Source: Ophelia neglecta (taxonomy: Eukaryota). From it: a stretch of DNA of 64,000 nt. Within the stretch, counting starts at the first letter, position 1. Each line of letters begins with the position of its first letter. The stretch spans positions 96,410,001-96,474,000 of the forward strand of contig OZ260661.1 of NCBI GenBank assembly GCA_965285935.1, written 5' to 3'. The position numbers and the translations under genes are program-made. Shown here piece after piece: positions 13,336 through 26,900 of this stretch. The notes beneath the pieces are model-generated. The model saw nothing but the letters and a program-made list of their open reading frames with translations. It searched no databases and was not told the origin of the DNA.

Positions 13336-15153
13336 CCCTCCTGCATGTGTGTAGTTCCTTGTGGTTATAATTTCTACTAATAAATATTAGAAATTAGGGC
13401 CTAAGCCTGTTCTGTTCTGGGCGTGTAAGCTCTTTCCTGCCGTAATTTGTTGGGAGTATAGGCGCCCCTAACTGGTTCCATAAGTTTGTCTCCTTGCAGC
13501 CTACTCTCCTAGTTACTCTACGACCATATTTTGATCGCTTGCATAGAAAGAGAGAAACAGAGAATATGTAGATTTTTACGTAAATGACTATCCAAGAATA
13601 GGTGCATTTGGTTGTTTTTTTGGGGTTTTTTTTTGGCAGATAAATAGTGAGAAAATAACCAAGGTTTGGTCCTGTATGGATTCCTCTCCAATGGAGTTGG
13701 CTGACGACTGTAGTAGGCCTATAGGCCCATGAATTAAGATCGCGCCTTTTATTACCCAAAGAATGTAGCTAATAAAGGCACGAGCTATAGCCTAGGCCTA
13801 ATTATATATACACAATGTTTTATGCGTTATATATAGGCTAACTGGGAAACATTATATATTTGTGTCATTATTTTTTTTGCGGACCTTGGGACATTGAATG
13901 TTCAATTCACTTATATAATTGTTCGGACAATTAATAACTTCTGCCCAGTATAGGCTTAGGCCTGGACCCAATTTTTTCAGGCTGGTGCTATAGGTCGATA
14001 ATTTAAGTACGGTAGGCCTACGATGGTCTGTACAATGAATAACATGCGTAGATCTACCAGAAGGTGACGGCTATTATATAGACTCTATAATGTATCTAAT
14101 AGGCCTACATTTTATAGTGTGCTATGTCGACCAGATGTCGCGTCACTTAACGGCATTTATAAGCGGCCGGGGGGGGGGGGGGAGGGGCTACAACTTTATG
14201 TTCACAGGACGGTTCCCTGGAGCCTCGATCCAGTGGTGCGCGAGGGTATTTGATTGATACCCAATATAATTGATAGTTTCTCCGCCAGATCTCCCAATGT
14301 TACTGAGCTTTTCTTAAGCGTCTCAAGGAGATACTAAAAGTAGGCTATGTTTAGAGGTAGCAAGTTCAATTGCGTGGGAAACAGTCTAATAAAGGACATA
14401 TCATTAGAAACACGATTTTAAAATAAAAATTGAGTTTTCTTATTTGAAGATCTCTCAAAGATCTGAAGAAAAAAGTCTCCAAGAAAGCAGGGGAAAAATT
14501 GTGTCCAGGTAGCCTATGTAGATTAGGGGGGCCTAAAAAGGTAGGCCTAAGCTAGGATCCACGAAAAATTGATGTCACTGAGAGTTGGCCGGCCCTCTGA
14601 AAAATGATTTCCCTTAGTTCGTTTAAAGTAGCCTACTGTTTAACTTAGCCTATTCACAAAAACCTTTTTTACTAGATAGAACACCCCCTCCCCCCCCCCC
14701 CCCACCCCTACTCCACAGTATATAAATTATGGCTGCGATACGGAGCTGCGGTCCATCCGAAGTTGCGATAGACCTACAGGCTTGGGGAGAGATGGGGTTA
14801 TTAAATCTACATTAATTTAGGCCTAGAGTTAATATCCTGGGAGGGTGGGCCATCTCTCCCAAGGGCCTGACTCTAACCACTTCCCAATTTCTATAAAATT
14901 TTACTATTCCAGATCCAGATTTATTCTTGATAGTAGGCCTAGGAGAAGTATGAATGTGCAGGAACGTGAATTTGGCCTCCAGGGGGCTTAAAGAGCTAGC
15001 TATAAAGCGCTTCTGACAGGAGTGGTGTATTGCGACCTTGACCTCAAAGAGCAACATCCGGTCGGTTCGTAGTGACTTTGCCTAACGCACAGAAGATAGT
15101 TTCACTGATTTATCTTGTATATCACCGGTAAATCGGATACACTATTCGTCAAT

Positions 15154-18100
15154 ATGGGTTCCAAGGCGTCAATTATGTTACAAGATTCCGAAGTGGAGGA
15201 AATCCAAAGAGAAACAGGCTGTAAGTAGCTAAACTACATAGTAGTCATTACACTACAGCATTAGTTTTTTGACATCAACATTGCAGAAGAGTTCTAGATC
15301 CTTCATGCATGACATGCTGAAGTACTTTTTACCTCAGATAATACAGGATGTATGACTCTGGGTTGAAAAATTGATACACTTTCAACATGTACAATGAGCA
15401 TATACAGGCTCTGAGCATATACAACATTGACATCGACTCAAACCAATCCATTACTAAACTACAACAAGTTACAAATATTCTTTTATAAGGCAACCCCATA
15501 TTACCTTTTACCTCAAACCAAGCTTTATTTGAAGTCAAGACAAACTTACCTGGAAATAAAAAAGAACTATTTTGTTAATAAGCTTACGTAGGTTGAATAT
15601 GGACAGAGGTTATTTCTCTGATAAAATTTAGTTATACAGGCTTGGTTTACTCCTTATATATTTACTAGAAATATCATTAGATGCCAAGAACATTTCAACA
15701 AAGTATTTTATTTGTGTTTATTCTATTGTAACACAATCATTGTATTTTCACACAGGAGATCTATCATGATAACCCTTGTGGTTTTTGTAGAAATCCTGAA
15801 CAAATAGATTATCATATAATATTATATAATTTTCTTGATAGTTATTCAATTTTCTTGAGAGTTTCTTGGCTTTTTTATATGGCATTGTGTAAATGTAATT
15901 CACAAACAATATGCTACTTTCACCACATGCAGCTGATGGAAAGTTCCACGTTCTATGGTCCAAAGTCTATATAGCTCCAATATGATGCTAGATATGGACC
16001 TAGTACTATGAATGTTAGCTAGCTCCATGACTACTACTCCCCTGTGGACTTCCTACCCCTAACAGTCTAACACCAAACAATATGAATAATGTGTATAAGG
16101 CCAGCCCGGGAACTTGAGATGTCATGATTATGAAGACTCAGGTTGCACCTCTAAAGTAAAGGACATGGGCCAGCCAGTATATAGTTCTACCTGCCACTGA
16201 TTCTAGGAGCAAACCTCTGCATATAAAACCTGGTTCAGAGACTCTAGGCTGTAAAAAGAAAGACAACAAAATATCATATCAGATTTCACACATTTCTGGT
16301 GACCGTTTGTAATTGTTGTGGACGAGCATATCATCTATTGGGTTCATTGAAAAACTTGCCATAGGTGATTCCTTCAGTCATGCCATAACTGGGTCCCCCA
16401 AAAATATTTCCCCTTTTGCCTAAACTGCAATTACCAATTTTGCCAAATAAATCCCACATTAGCCATTTTCTCAATCTTATTATTAAATTTCCCACCACTG
16501 ATTTCATTTCCAAAAAAAGTGCAAAATTATTTAGCCAAATAGGCTAACATTGATATTTTTATTTAGCCTGATTTGTTGCTGTTGAGGACATGGCAAAAAG
16601 TCTACCCATAATGGGAGCCCAGCCTTGGCTTATCTTACTACTTTTACAAATGTTTATATATGCCATTCCTTTTCCAAAATGCCACACACATATACAGTTC
16701 AGTTTTGGCCAAAAATTGCTCATTTGTTCCACAACATGTGCTATTTAATTCAACACAGAGTAAAATTTCTAATTGCCAAAACATGTTTGACAAAGTCTAT
16801 TTTCTAATAAGTTTCGATGGTTTTTTTGGACTTTGAACCTTCTTTAAGTACAGTAAAACCTCCCTAAATGAACACCTCTGTAAACCAAATACCTCTGTTA
16901 ACAGAACAGTTTGTCTGGTCCCAAATTTTGTCCAGTCTATTTGATGTTAGTTTCCCCTTTGTTACGTGAACACCTATGTTACGAGAAAACACTAAACACT
17001 TTTGAGACTTTTAGTCAGACAATAAGATCCTAGTTACAGTGAGTATCCTCATAACGGAGATACTTAGTTTCAGTAGAGTAAGGTGACTCATTTAAATCCA
17101 CCTACTAGTAGGTTGAGTGAACGCCTAGATGTGAACTGAACACTTTAGGTGGTCCTAAGGGCATTCGGTTCACCAAGGTTTTACTGCACATAATGCATAG
17201 TCTTTAATGTTAATATTATTAATTTTATTTGTATATATTCTTAAAATATCAATTTGTTCTGGCTACTATCCCTACATGTATAGTATTTCAAGAAATGGTG
17301 CTACTGTGACCAGGACCAGTGGAATGTTGATTATTTTGTACTATTCTATATTCACTTGCGTTGTCCTATTCTTGTTGCCCTGTCAGATATAAACTCTGAT
17401 GAATGTGCCTAATCTTTTGTACTTCTTTTCCAGTCTCGCACAATCAGATTGTAAGACTTTATAGCAGATTTACCAGCTTAGACAAAACGAACAGTGGATA
17501 CTTAAGGTAGGAGAACAGTACCAGTCATAGATATACAAAATATGTGTTTTGAATGTTACAAAATTAAATGAAAGATTTTCAATGGGATATGACTATATTT
17601 ATATACTTGTCTAATAAAAAGGGGCATGTTTATTGTTGAACCCTGATCAAGCTCTAGCTTGCCTTGAGATCTTTATCCCGAAATGTAACATTTTTTTAAA
17701 AAATGATTTATGTTGTAATTCTATACAAATCTTTATGCGATGTGTCATGGTCACTAGTTATATAAAAATGAAAAGTAATAAAGTCTTGTTCCTGTGAAAT
17801 ACCAGTACTTCTTGTATCACAGACACCTCTATGACTTAAACTTGTTTTCAGTCGAGAAGATTTTCTACGCATCCCAGAGCTAGCTATAAATCCCCTTGGA
17901 GACAGGATTGTCCATGCTTTTTTTATGGAAAGGTATACAATTTGTCTACTAAAATATGATAATATGGGGCTGGTGACTTCACTCTCTCTGAGATATAGAT
18001 TTGATATTTTGATCCCAACTTCTGACATCTTGCAAGCATAGAAGCCATTTAAAAACTGTTGTTGGTTTTTTACTCAACTTAATATTGCCCATGGAATATT

Positions 18101-20192
18101 ATGTACATTTAATCCATATTGGTCATAAGAATGAATAACAGCTGTGAAAATCAAGGAAGATTATTCATGATGAGGTCTAACCTGGCCAGATATTACACAA
18201 TACAACGGTGTCGATCAATAAAGTCAAAGAGTATTGTTGATATGAAGAGACAATAACATGCACTGTGGTGGGTTTTGGTGAAACAGTAGACACTCCTTTG
18301 CATAAACAAATTGCAGAATGACTAATGGTGTTTTAACCCATAAAGCCTAGGTAAGCATCAGTATATGGCAAAAATGACCCCAATACAACTGCAGTGGCGG
18401 TTTGGCATTTTTTATACAACATATACATGTGGAATGAATTGTAAGATTACAAGAAATGCAAGGGCCACAGGATGCTTCCTTATTTGGTATAAAGCCACTT
18501 TCCAGCTACAAATGACTGTAGTGCCACCTGGTGTTGGACTTCTGGGGGGAAAATAAAGTGGATTTCCGTTTTTTTAGGTGTTTACATTGGGGTCATGGGG
18601 ACGCATTAGCTTCCTTCTCAGCAAAACTGCATATATGTGGTTGACTGCTTCTCTGAATGTTCTCTTTTGATTCAGTCCTAATGTTGGTGAGCTGAACTTT
18701 CGTCAGTTTATGAAAACTCTGGCAAGATTTCGTCCAGTGAAAGAGAACCGCACAAATGAAATCAACTGCCGAGAAGAAAAATTGAGATGTAAGTGTACTG
18801 GAATATTACGTATTGCTCATATTATTATTGAACTAACATCAACGGGGACCAAAGTGCGGTCCTTTTTATTATTGTTGAGTATAGCTAGCTTCGCATTCAT
18901 CATTCTATACATAAGGTTATTTTCAGAAAGTTCATGACACTAAACCATCTGTAGAATACTTTAAAATAACAAGGCTTTCTTGAACCTGGTGTCAGTCTTC
19001 ATCTTGGATATTCAATTTAAGAAAATTGCAGGTTTATGTGGCGGTGATTTTCATGGCTGATTCCTGATGCCTTGTGATTGCCAAAATTATTGCAAATAAG
19101 AAAAATATTAGGATACTTGAGAGTAACATGTACTTATTTATTGTACATTCCTTTTTACTTGTTTCAGTTGCTTTCAAGATGTATGATTTAGACGGAGATG
19201 ACAAAATATCTCGTGATGAGCTATTAGCTGTTTTACATATGATGGTTGGAGCCAACATCTCTGAGGAGCAGCTTGGAAGCATTGCTGACCGAACTATTGC
19301 AGAAGCAGATCAGGATGGTGATGGTATGATAGCCTTTAATGAATTTTCCAAGGTAAGCAAAAATTTGATTTCAGATAAAGCATATAAAAGAGGGTATGAT
19401 TGCTTGTGTTTAAACATTTCATGGCTGAAAGAAATCAAACCCATGTGCTTAATTCTTTTCTCAAATAGACAGAAAATAAATAACTAGAATACTGCTTCCT
19501 TCATGAAGTAAATCAAACCTAAAAAAAAATCAAACAAATCAAATCCAGCAATAATATGCAAAAAACAACTTCGTTTTATCACATCACATTGTAACTCTGC
19601 AACTTGGGTAAAAGATGCATGATTTTCATTTTAAAATAGACTTGTCCTTGTTAAGTGTTTATACACTTACTTTAGATTGCACTTATTCACACTTAAATAA
19701 GCCTAAGTATTTCAGGACAAAAGGTACATATCAAACACTCTCAAGTGTGCTTTTTAAACAGAATAGGCTTAATGTTTGTACCTCTGTATTAGTGCAAAAT
19801 GGTTCAAACAGCTCATAGTGGCTGAATCACAGTTTGCTAACAAAAGAATAAACATTTTCAGTGAGTGTATATGATTTTCTTGTTCAATTTTAACTGGAAG
19901 CTGTTGTTCATTAAGTTTAGTGAGACATTTAAAAACAGTGGATATTTAAAGGAGCCAACTAAAATTAAGAATCCAAAAAGTTCTCCAAGCTGAGAATGTA
20001 CATGGCTATAAGAGTACATAGTGTTACCTTGTGACTATTTGCTGTACATGTATTCATTGACTATCACAAACTCATAAATAATATTCAATAATAAATGCAG
20101 ATATTAAAGGACTACTAATAGTTATAATTTATTTGTAGGTCATGGAAAGAGTTGATGTTGAACAGAAGATGAGCATTCGATTTTTGAATTAA
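15154..20192 (+). CDS. CHP1: calcineurin B homologous protein 1, 190 aa, 6 exons
   Basis: Exons 15154-15220, 17434-17506, 17852-17932, 18676-18788, 19168-19352, 20139-20192 with consistent phases. N-myristoylation start [36 protein letters not shown]-hands [12 protein letters not shown] and [13 protein letters not shown]-terminus [18 protein letters not shown] at 22581. Confidence 0.96.
16851..17186. mobile_element. Tc1/mariner (pogo)-like MITE in CHP1 intron 1
   Basis: TIRs CAGTAAAACC / GGTTTTACTG, TA on the left flank. Confidence 0.7.
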
Positions 20193-23100
20193 GACTTCAT
20201 GAAGATATGTGGCCTTCCCATAGAAAAGTCAATTGGAAATTTAGATATGAGGTACCCCTGGTACATTAATTATTAGCAGGGCTGTCTGCCTTCCATGACA
20301 GTCTCTCTCAAGCCATTTTGTTGTAGTTTCTATCTAGACCACTGGTTATGATACTTAGGTTACTTTTCTTTAAATTAGGGGGGGGGGGGGTATATACTAT
20401 GTTTTATATGATCAAATAAGTAATTGTTAAGTCAAAATGGTTTGTCAGGTTATAACTTCTACCAATGCTTAAGTGTACAGATATTGTAAAGAGAAGGTTC
20501 AAGTAATATTTGAAAGCTTGAAGATATAAAGTAAGCTAAGCCTTTATTTTTGTATATACCGGTACATTTGAATCATAAGCTGAGTATCAAGCCCTAATTT
20601 GTTATACATCTAGCGAGGTACAATATCGTGCCACTTAACAGCACAAGTTGAATTGTTTGCCAATATGTTAAGTTTAGTGAGTTTTACATGGAGGGAGGGG
20701 GTGGGGGATTATTATATATATTTGTCTACATTTACCAAAGTTATTCTGCCAGTCAGTTTATTCAGAACAAAAGAACATTTTTAAATATTGCACTGTGGAA
20801 ATGCTGAATGACTAATGTATAGTATCCATATTGAAATGAAAGAAATTGCTATTTGTCAGTTGATAATATCCAGGGTCTGTTATTTTCAATATACACTGTA
20901 AATTACTTATACTTCATGAACTTTTTACCTGAGCCCAATATGCTTATAATGAAAGCTACAGGAAAAATTGATGTAATGTTTAGAGGGACAACGATAAGCT
21001 TTACAGACACCAAAAAGCTACGATCAATAGGGTATATGACAGCAAATTGTAAAATTCAAAAGATGAAGATAGACATATTAGAGGGTTTAAAGTAATTTTG
21101 TATTAGAGGGAATGATTTTAGAGAGTATTAAAAAAGCTGTGTATGTATAATGACAATGTAAAGCAAATATCATAGAATTGGGAGCAAACTTGTTGCCTAT
21201 TGCTTATGATACTTGTACATTATTGTTCCGGAAAAGCTAAATGCACTGTTTCTGAGGTCAGTAAGTAGAAATCATTTAGCCACTAATTATAAATCCCACG
21301 TTTCTTCTTCAACCATAGTATCAGTAAACTGCCAATGTTACAAGCTTAGCATCCACCACTGGATTTGTACAATATTAGATCTACAATATTTACCACTGAA
21401 GGATATGTTAGTGATTTATTTTTCTGAGTCATAAATATTACTGCCTTTTTTGCATATTTGTGACAAAACACGTTTACAGTATGCAATTTCTTATCATTTT
21501 TTTCTGACATTGAATGTTACTATGAACAGAATACCACATCAACCCTATAAAGTTAGCTAGATGTGAGGTCACCTTATCCAGCCTGTCTCTGGACTGTTCA
21601 ATGATGGGATGTTTCCAGCTTTATTGATATGTAATAGTTACATTTTGAGTGGATGTTAAATATTTCTCCACTGCCCTGGCAGTCTTTTTTTATTCTAAAT
21701 CTTAGCTCATACATCGAATATTGTTCTGAACAGTAGAGCCCACTAAGCGAGTGTCTCTTATTTACCAGGAGATCATTATCACATCCATTGAAGTTTAAGT
21801 CATAACATCTTTTATAGTATATTTTATGTCCACTCGAGAGTGTTTGTTCAGTCAAACCTCATTTTCCCATGTACTTGTATCACCCAGTCTTTCAAAAATA
21901 TCATGCTGGCAGCCAGATCAATTGTATGTTATACCTTGTCAGAAAAAGAGATCTTTGATTTTGACTGCTTTTTTCTCATTCTCTATTGTCTGTAAGGCAG
22001 GCTTGGCCTTTCCTGGTACATTTAGCACAGTATATGTTGGAAAATACCTGCTAAAAATGTAGCCTAATTAAAAATCCATGTACATATTTCAGAGGTCCAC
22101 TGGTTAAAACATTTTAATTTCAGGTGTCAATTGTTCTGGAGAAAATCATCAGAGAAATGTATCCAAGCCATTAAACTTAATTAAATCTTCAAGTTGGTTT
22201 ATTTTTCATGGTCTATGTGTTTGTCTGATGTGCATTTTAAGTAGATTAAATAAATATGCAATCAGACTTGGTCATGAAGGGTCTTGCAAATAACTTGCAA
22301 ATAATTTGGGTGATTTTGTTAATAACGGTAGGATCTATTTGAGGTTTTTTTTTATGCCCATATGTCTTTTTTGAATCCTATCAGTTATTTTGATGTTCCA
22401 ACAGTTATTTTGTGTGTTAAATTTAATTTTGACTATTCAGATTGTCAAATTGATCAATGAAGCTTCCAGAAAATTATGATGTAAATTAGATTCTAACCAT
22501 GTTATGAAACAAGGGTGTTGGCCAAAAATGATAAACTCAGTGTTTTGATATGAATTATAATTGTGGACCGATTGTATTACAATAAAATGTCAAAAAAAAC
22601 TTTACTCTTGCTTTTATGCTTGGATTTAGTCTAATTCATTGCAATGGTAGCTATTGGCACCTGTAGTTCACACAGGTCGTGATTTAAAGCACAGCTGTCC
22701 TCTTGGTTAACTTTGACCTTTTACTCTACCCTAGACTAGTTAACATAAATTTTCAGATAATATGTGTCTTATATATTAAATATATATTGCAGACATATTA
22801 TCTGAAAGTTTCTCAATTTTGGAAATTGGTCAGTCTAAATAATTGCAGGTTTTAATCAAAGTTGATAGACATCCGAATTTTGCAAAACAGGCAAATCAAA
22901 ATGAACTTGTGCCATTTTGCCAATAGGGCTGTATCTACATTACGCTGCTAGTGATTTTGCAGGCTCAGGTGATCACTGTCATTTTTGTGTCATTCACTAT
23001 AGAAAAAAGGCCCTGCCATACTCTTGTTGACCACTGTTTCTATAATTGCATTGAGGCTTTAAGTAAGAATGGTGGCGGTTGGTTAGCAGTTGGCAATATC

Positions 23101-23990
23101 TCAGGATCTATTAGTATCACAAATATATGCAGTATGCATTTATGGGTTGACAAATGACCATATACTCTTATAATATCACGGGTGATAGGCACACATGTAA
23201 TTTGGAGAATGTAGGTTATAAACAAGGATGTTTATATAGTATTTGTGGATGAATCATAGGGAAATCCCACAAATATAATCTGTTTGCTGATTTAGCAAGG
23301 TTCTATCTTAATAACATGTTTGAGTGGTAAGATTTGGCGCACTGATCATTGTGCCCCAAATAAACCCCTTTCATGTATAAATGATTATCACAAAAGATGC
23401 TCTAGTATAATAATCCAATCAAACAATCTGCCAATGTTGGAAGAGCACTGTAAAATTTTTTTGATTTCATATCATGCAATAAAGCTTTTTGTGCCATTGC
23501 TGTGAGAAACAGCACAATGTAGAATCACTGTATTCCTACTTAAGCACAATAATGTAAATAATATATGCTCTTATTTTTTAAGACAAATTACTGCTAGTAT
23601 GAAATATTAAACCACACACACTGATCTTCAATCACCCTTTATAAAATGCTAGTCAAACATCCAGACACCCAAGATTCATTTCACTCACACCTTTATCACA
23701 TAGCCTTGTTCAAGTTTCCATTAAAAGCTTGTTTTATACTCTGAATAAAAAATCTAATGGACTATCTTTCTTTAGTATTTGTTTATTTTTACTTATATAA
23801 AATATGTACATTTAAAGACACGACAATTAACAGCAAAAAAAGGGAGAAGTCTTACAATTTAAACACAAAACTTAGAACCAAAATATCCTTAAGGCCTGAT
23901 AAGTCAATACATGTACATGTACAGGACGAGACGAGACAGGATAAAACATCTTATCAAACTGAACTACTGTGTCTTATCTCAAGGAAGTAG

Positions 23991-26900
23991 TCACCTTCCA
24001 TCATTTAGGAGCGACTGAAAATAGTAGCTGATGCAGAACTGGGTCATGTAGCCTGTTCCCAATAACAAGGTGCTTGTTCCTTTGTTAATCCCACACAGAA
24101 CTGTCAAAACAATGTAAAAGGAGAATAAATGATTAACTAATATGATCCGCAAGAGAAACACCAACTTCAGTTAAGGGAATATTTTTGCAGCCACATTAAT
24201 GTATCAGCTGCAATTTTGACCAGCATGAGGCTTAATGTAACATTGTGTTCTGCTCCAAAAAACCTAATATTATAGGAGAATCAATTTTCACATAATCCTT
24301 TGCAAGTGGCATGTCCTGCCTTCATTGGCTGAATGGGCTGGTTGGCGTTATTAGCCAATGTATGTTGATTGGCCAAAGCTAATGTGACGCTCAATAGTGG
24401 TAGCTAGTGATAATAATGACTTTTATTCCTCCTCAAGGGAGAGTTGTACAATTAATCAAAATAACGTAGAATAATAGAGGAGAAAATTACATTAAATACA
24501 ACCTAAATAATGATAATAATATAATAATAATGATAATTAATACAATATTTTGGTCCAAAGTGTGATTAAATATGTCAAAATAAATATATGGAGCATAATA
24601 ATAAAAGCTAAGTCAATGTTGAAAATAGAACAATGCATATTCAGCACGATAATTCTGCCTTCATAAGTACAGAGCGGTCGATCATGAGCAAGGCCTATAT
24701 AGATTTAACTGCTACAGCTTAACCCGCTTGACGAACCTAGCTGTCTAATATTTGGCCACTTATATTAGGTGTGGTCACTTATATTAGGTGTGGTCTACAA
24801 TGCAGTACCGTACGATGGGGTCACAACCTGCCTAGACTCCAGGATTGCAATCCTCGCCCTGAGCATCTCGTGGACCGCTGATGCTACAGTTGCATAGCAC
24901 ATTGCTATTTCAGTGTCAAAACTTTCTCCGGTGGCGATCACATAGTGCAACCTCCGCGTGTCATAATTGAGTTGCCAGCTGGACGGAGTAACCATTGGCA
25001 CAGAGTATTGCTTCAGGGTGAGTGCATTATCCAGTTGACTTCGAGTACTGCTGAGGATTGGGCATCTGAAGAGAAAGTGAGCCTCATCTTCGGTCTCGCT
25101 AGAGCATAGGGGACATAACCGCATGTATCTCGGCTTCTTCTCGAACCTTCCAGCGTTTATCTGAAGGGGGTTTTCACCGAGCATCAGCCTAACCATCGTT
25201 CTACAGCTTGGTAGAGAGCCCTGACAGTGAGCGGCGACCCGCCACCACAGGTCAATAGATAAGGGGGCGCTAACGTTCAAGGCTCTCCCCCGGAACATCT
25301 TCAGTCTTGGGTACAGGAGGAGAGATGTTTTCCACTCGTTTGATACCATACGATTAACGGCTGATCGAACCATGGCTTTCCATTTGGGCTTTGACATCAC
25401 TCCACCTGCCAGTAGGACGTCGTCAATCTGACCTTTCAGGCCGTACTCGCAAACAGACTTGTACATCATGGCGATAGGACTATCCCCTGTTCCATTTTGA
25501 TTTGCTTCTGCTAGGTAGAGTCCATCGATGGCGACGTACTTTAACAGCCCGGGTTGCTGCGAAAGGAGGGTTCCTAGAAGACATAGTCGGTGATATCCCA
25601 GCTCGGCTTCGATGCTTCTCCAGCCCAACATAGAATAGGCTGCGGGAGTTGACAGATGCTCAGGTAGTCTCTGGAATCGCTTCCCCCAACTGAGGTGAAA
25701 TCTTTCTAGAGTATGAAGCTGCTTTGAGTTCAGTGGGACGAGCTCTAGGCCGTATAAGAGCGATGGCAGGACAACTGACTGATATAGTTTCGATGCCAGA
25801 ACAGGTTGAAGTCCATAGAAACTGGTACCGACGCCGAACAGCGCACGACATTTACTTCCTGCCTTCACTATGCGGTCATTCAGATAGCTATCTATAAATT
25901 TAGTTAAGTCAGAGATCGGTATTCCTAGGTGCTCACAACCAGGACTAGCCTTTATCACTTGGCCACAGAAGGTGATTTGCGGTGGATCCGCACTTACAGG
26001 TCTAGTATACGCATTACAATCAAATCTCATGAGCACAGTCTTATCGGGGTTGAACGTAAACCGCCACTTGTTGCTGTAGTCCGCAGCTACCTTAAGCAGC
26101 TTCTGTAGGCTGGCGAGGTGTAAGGCAACCAACGCAACGTCGTCGGCGAAAGCCGGGCTAGAGCATGGTAGGGAGAACACAGTCGAGCCCACCTCTAGTG
26201 AGTCTAAGGCCTCCAGAAGGCCAGCCGAGAAAATCTCAAAAAGTCTCATTGATAGTCTGCCTCCCTGAAATACTCCCTGACGCACATCGAACGGTTCGGA
26301 CGTTCTTCCACAGACACGCACAACACACTGAAAGTTAGTATACCAGTTCCGTAGGAGAGTCCAAACTGTGCTGTCAACACCAAGCTTGAAGAGTTTGTAA
26401 AATAAACCGTCTATCCAAACTCTGTCAAACGCCTTTCTCGTGTCTAGTAATGCTACATACACGTCGCTCCCATTAGAAGTGTTATATTTAACAGTTTCTC
26501 GCAACAACAACGATGTGTGTTTGCTGGAGCATCCTGGAAAAGCCGCACCCTGTAGACGGCCAAGCCTGTCGTTTTGCAATAACCACGGGTCTAATCTTCG
26601 TAATATCACACCTTCAAAGAGTTTGCACGCCACTGTGAGTAGGGTGATCTTACGGTAATTGTCCTTTGATAGTTTCGACTTGCTCCCTCCTTTGTGAAGT
26701 GGGATAGCGATGCCCATGAGAAAGTTCCTTGGAATCTGGCAAGATTTTATTATACTGTTAATCAAGATCGTCAATGCCACAATGATTCCCTCACCACCAT
26801 ATCTCACGTGTTCAGGACTGATGTCGTCCCAGCCACCAGCTTTCCCAAGTTTTATGCTGTTGACTACACCTTGGGTTTCCTGGCAAGACACAGGGTCTTG

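Noticed and set aside
14165-14710. Long poly-G/poly-C tracts (also ~20377, 34531, 55913-55976, 61806) as G-quadruplex elements
   Set aside because: Common in this window, often MITE termini, and lengths are unreliable in assemblies; no specific evidence of function.
24757-24794. 19-bp tandem duplication CACTTATATTAGGTGTGGT in the LINE 3' UTR
   Set aside because: Simple local duplication; not at an element boundary, so not a TSD.
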